DNA from: Cytophagales bacterium
GTDB taxonomy: Bacteria > Bacteroidota > Bacteroidia > Cytophagales > UBA9547
Assembly (NCBI GenBank): GCA_013297755.1
Contig: JAAFIH010000027.1
Location: 3,666 to 67,665, forward strand
Reading direction: 5' to 3'
DNA: 64,000 nucleotides
Positions 62,975-64,000 of this stretch are shown piece by piece. Each line of letters starts with the position of its first letter. Within the stretch, counting starts at the first letter, position 1. Under the pieces are notes generated by a model. It was not told the origin of the DNA. It saw only the letters and a program-made list of their open reading frames with translations, and ran no database searches. The translations under genes and the position numbers were made by a program.

Positions 62975-64000
62975 ATGGCTCAAATCCTCCCAAACACCCA
63001 ATATCACAACCTTTCAATAGAACAACTTTCTCAGCATCTGCTTCAAAACAAAGAAGGCCATCTCACCGATACCCAAGCTATATTAGTTACAACAGGCACT
63101 TTTACAGGACGCAGCCCAGATGATAAATTTTTTGTTAAAGACCAAAATACCGCTCCTATCATTGATTGGGGTGGCTTCAACCATCCAATTTCCGAAAATC
63201 ATTACCAAACCCTAAAAAATGATTTCCTGATTTATGCCAAATCAAATGCAAATTATTCTAGAAATATGTTTGCTGCCTCAAATCAAAATCAAATCAATTT
63301 AACACTTTTCTCCGAAACTGCATACCATAATCTTTTTGCAGCCAACATGTTCATTCAACCAACCAATGAACAATTACAAAACTTTACCTCAGAATACACC
63401 ATCATACACATGCCCAATTTTTTTGCCAACCCCTCCATTCATGGCACAAAAAACAAAAACTTTAGCGTATTCAACCTTACCGAAAAATTAGTCCTAGTAG
63501 GTGGTACCGCCTATACTGGCGAAATCAAAAAAGGTATTTTCTCTATTTTTAATTATATTTTACCCCAAAAAAACATCCTTTCTCTACATGCTGCAGCCAA
63601 TAAATCCTCAAACGGAGAAACAGCTCTTTTTATTGGTCTTTCAGGTACTGGCAAAACAACTTTATCTGCCGATCCAAATAGAAATTTAATCGGTGATGAC
63701 GAAATTATTTGGGACGATAACGGCATTTCAAACATCGAAGGCGGGTGCTATGCCAAAACAATTAATTTAAGTACTCAAAATGAACCTCTTATTTGGAATG
63801 CAATTAAAAAAAACGCCCTCATAGAAAATTGTAAATTTTATCCAAATTCCAATATAATCGATTACTCCGACACCTCACTATCTCAAAATACACGTGTTTC
63901 TTACAAATTAAATCACATTCCAAATTTCGATACAAATACAATCCACAACCACCCAAATCATATCATTTTTCTTACAGCAGATGCCTTTGGAGTATTACCA
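62975..64000 (+). CDS. pckA: Phosphoenolpyruvate carboxykinase (ATP), 5' portion; runs off the window end
   Basis: Absent from the ORF track because it is open at the edge. The translation is MAQILPNTQYHNLSIEQLSQHLLQNKEGHLT...VTTGTFTGRSPDDKFFVKD...GGTAYTGEIKKGIFS...FIGLSGTGKTTLSADPNRNLIGDDE...GGCYAKTINL, which carries the conserved ATP-PEPCK motifs. Confidence 0.95.
   Translation, partial: MAQILPNTQYHNLSIEQLSQHLLQNKEGHLTDTQAILVTTGTFTGRSPDDKFFVKDQNTAPIIDWGGFNHPISENHYQTLKNDFLIYAKSNANYSRNMFAASNQNQINLTLFSETAYHNLFAANMFIQPTNEQLQNFTSEYTIIHMPNFFANPSIHGTKNKNFSVFNLTEKLVLVGGTAYTGEIKKGIFSIFNYILPQKNILSLHAAANKSSNGETALFIGLSGTGKTTLSADPNRNLIGDDEIIWDDNGISNIEGGCYAKTINLSTQNEPLIWNAIKKNALIENCKFYPNSNIIDYSDTSLSQNTRVSYKLNHIPNFDTNTIHNHPNHIIFLTADAFGVLP

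Overview
The window is an AT-rich, Bacteroidota-type chromosomal segment. The lineage call rests on several proteins ending in T9SS C-terminal sorting domains, a PorV/PorQ-family barrel, a CarboxypepD_reg-type TonB receptor and TAnnTTTG promoter boxes. All calls come from reading the sequence and ORF translations by eye; no searches were run and no statistics were computed. Layout: (1) 1-5.5 kb is a glycan/LPS cluster with an MsbA-like ABC exporter fragment, two O-antigen-ligase-like membrane proteins, and GT4 and GT17-like glycosyltransferases. (2) 5.6-7.7 kb holds an SDR, a TIGR03643-like protein and a photolyase-FAD-domain protein. (3) 8-14 kb is housekeeping: YebC, a large OmpA/LysM protein and PBP1A. 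(4) 14.2-18.5 kb on the minus strand is an extracellular nucleic-acid degradation operon: endonuclease I-LTD-T9SS plus a 5'-nucleotidase split into two genes. (5) 20.5-26.7 kb is a 2054-aa T9SS surface protein. (6) 27.2-40.0 kb appears to be an even more AT-rich accessory island. It is bracketed by two ~640-bp direct repeats, each carrying a small two-gene toxin-antitoxin-like module. Inside are an IS transposase remnant, a minus-strand run of small orphan proteins, a BACON/T9SS protein and a truncated phosphoesterase gene. It also holds a tightly coupled 5-gene operon: an ECF-type transporter (S, T, fused asymmetric A), an orphan 426-aa protein and a divergent S-adenosylhomocysteine-hydrolase-fold protein. 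This operon is my best candidate for an undescribed system. (7) 40.4-60.9 kb is a same-strand cluster of T9SS cargo proteins (EEP nuclease, OB-fold proteins, a 2089-aa repeat protein) with a lipoprotein, TonB receptor, PorV paralogue and NHL lipoprotein; I read it as a possible SusD-less extracellular-DNA utilisation locus. (8) 61-64 kb holds a MetR-like LysR regulator, a rhodanese and the 5' part of pckA. The intergenic spaces of the plus-strand clusters are filled with mosaic arrays of GC-rich hairpin 'words' (CTTCGG loops, G4-capable G-tracts, GGGGCTTTT ends) interleaved with 7-8-bp microsatellites. No tRNA, rRNA or CRISPR array was seen.
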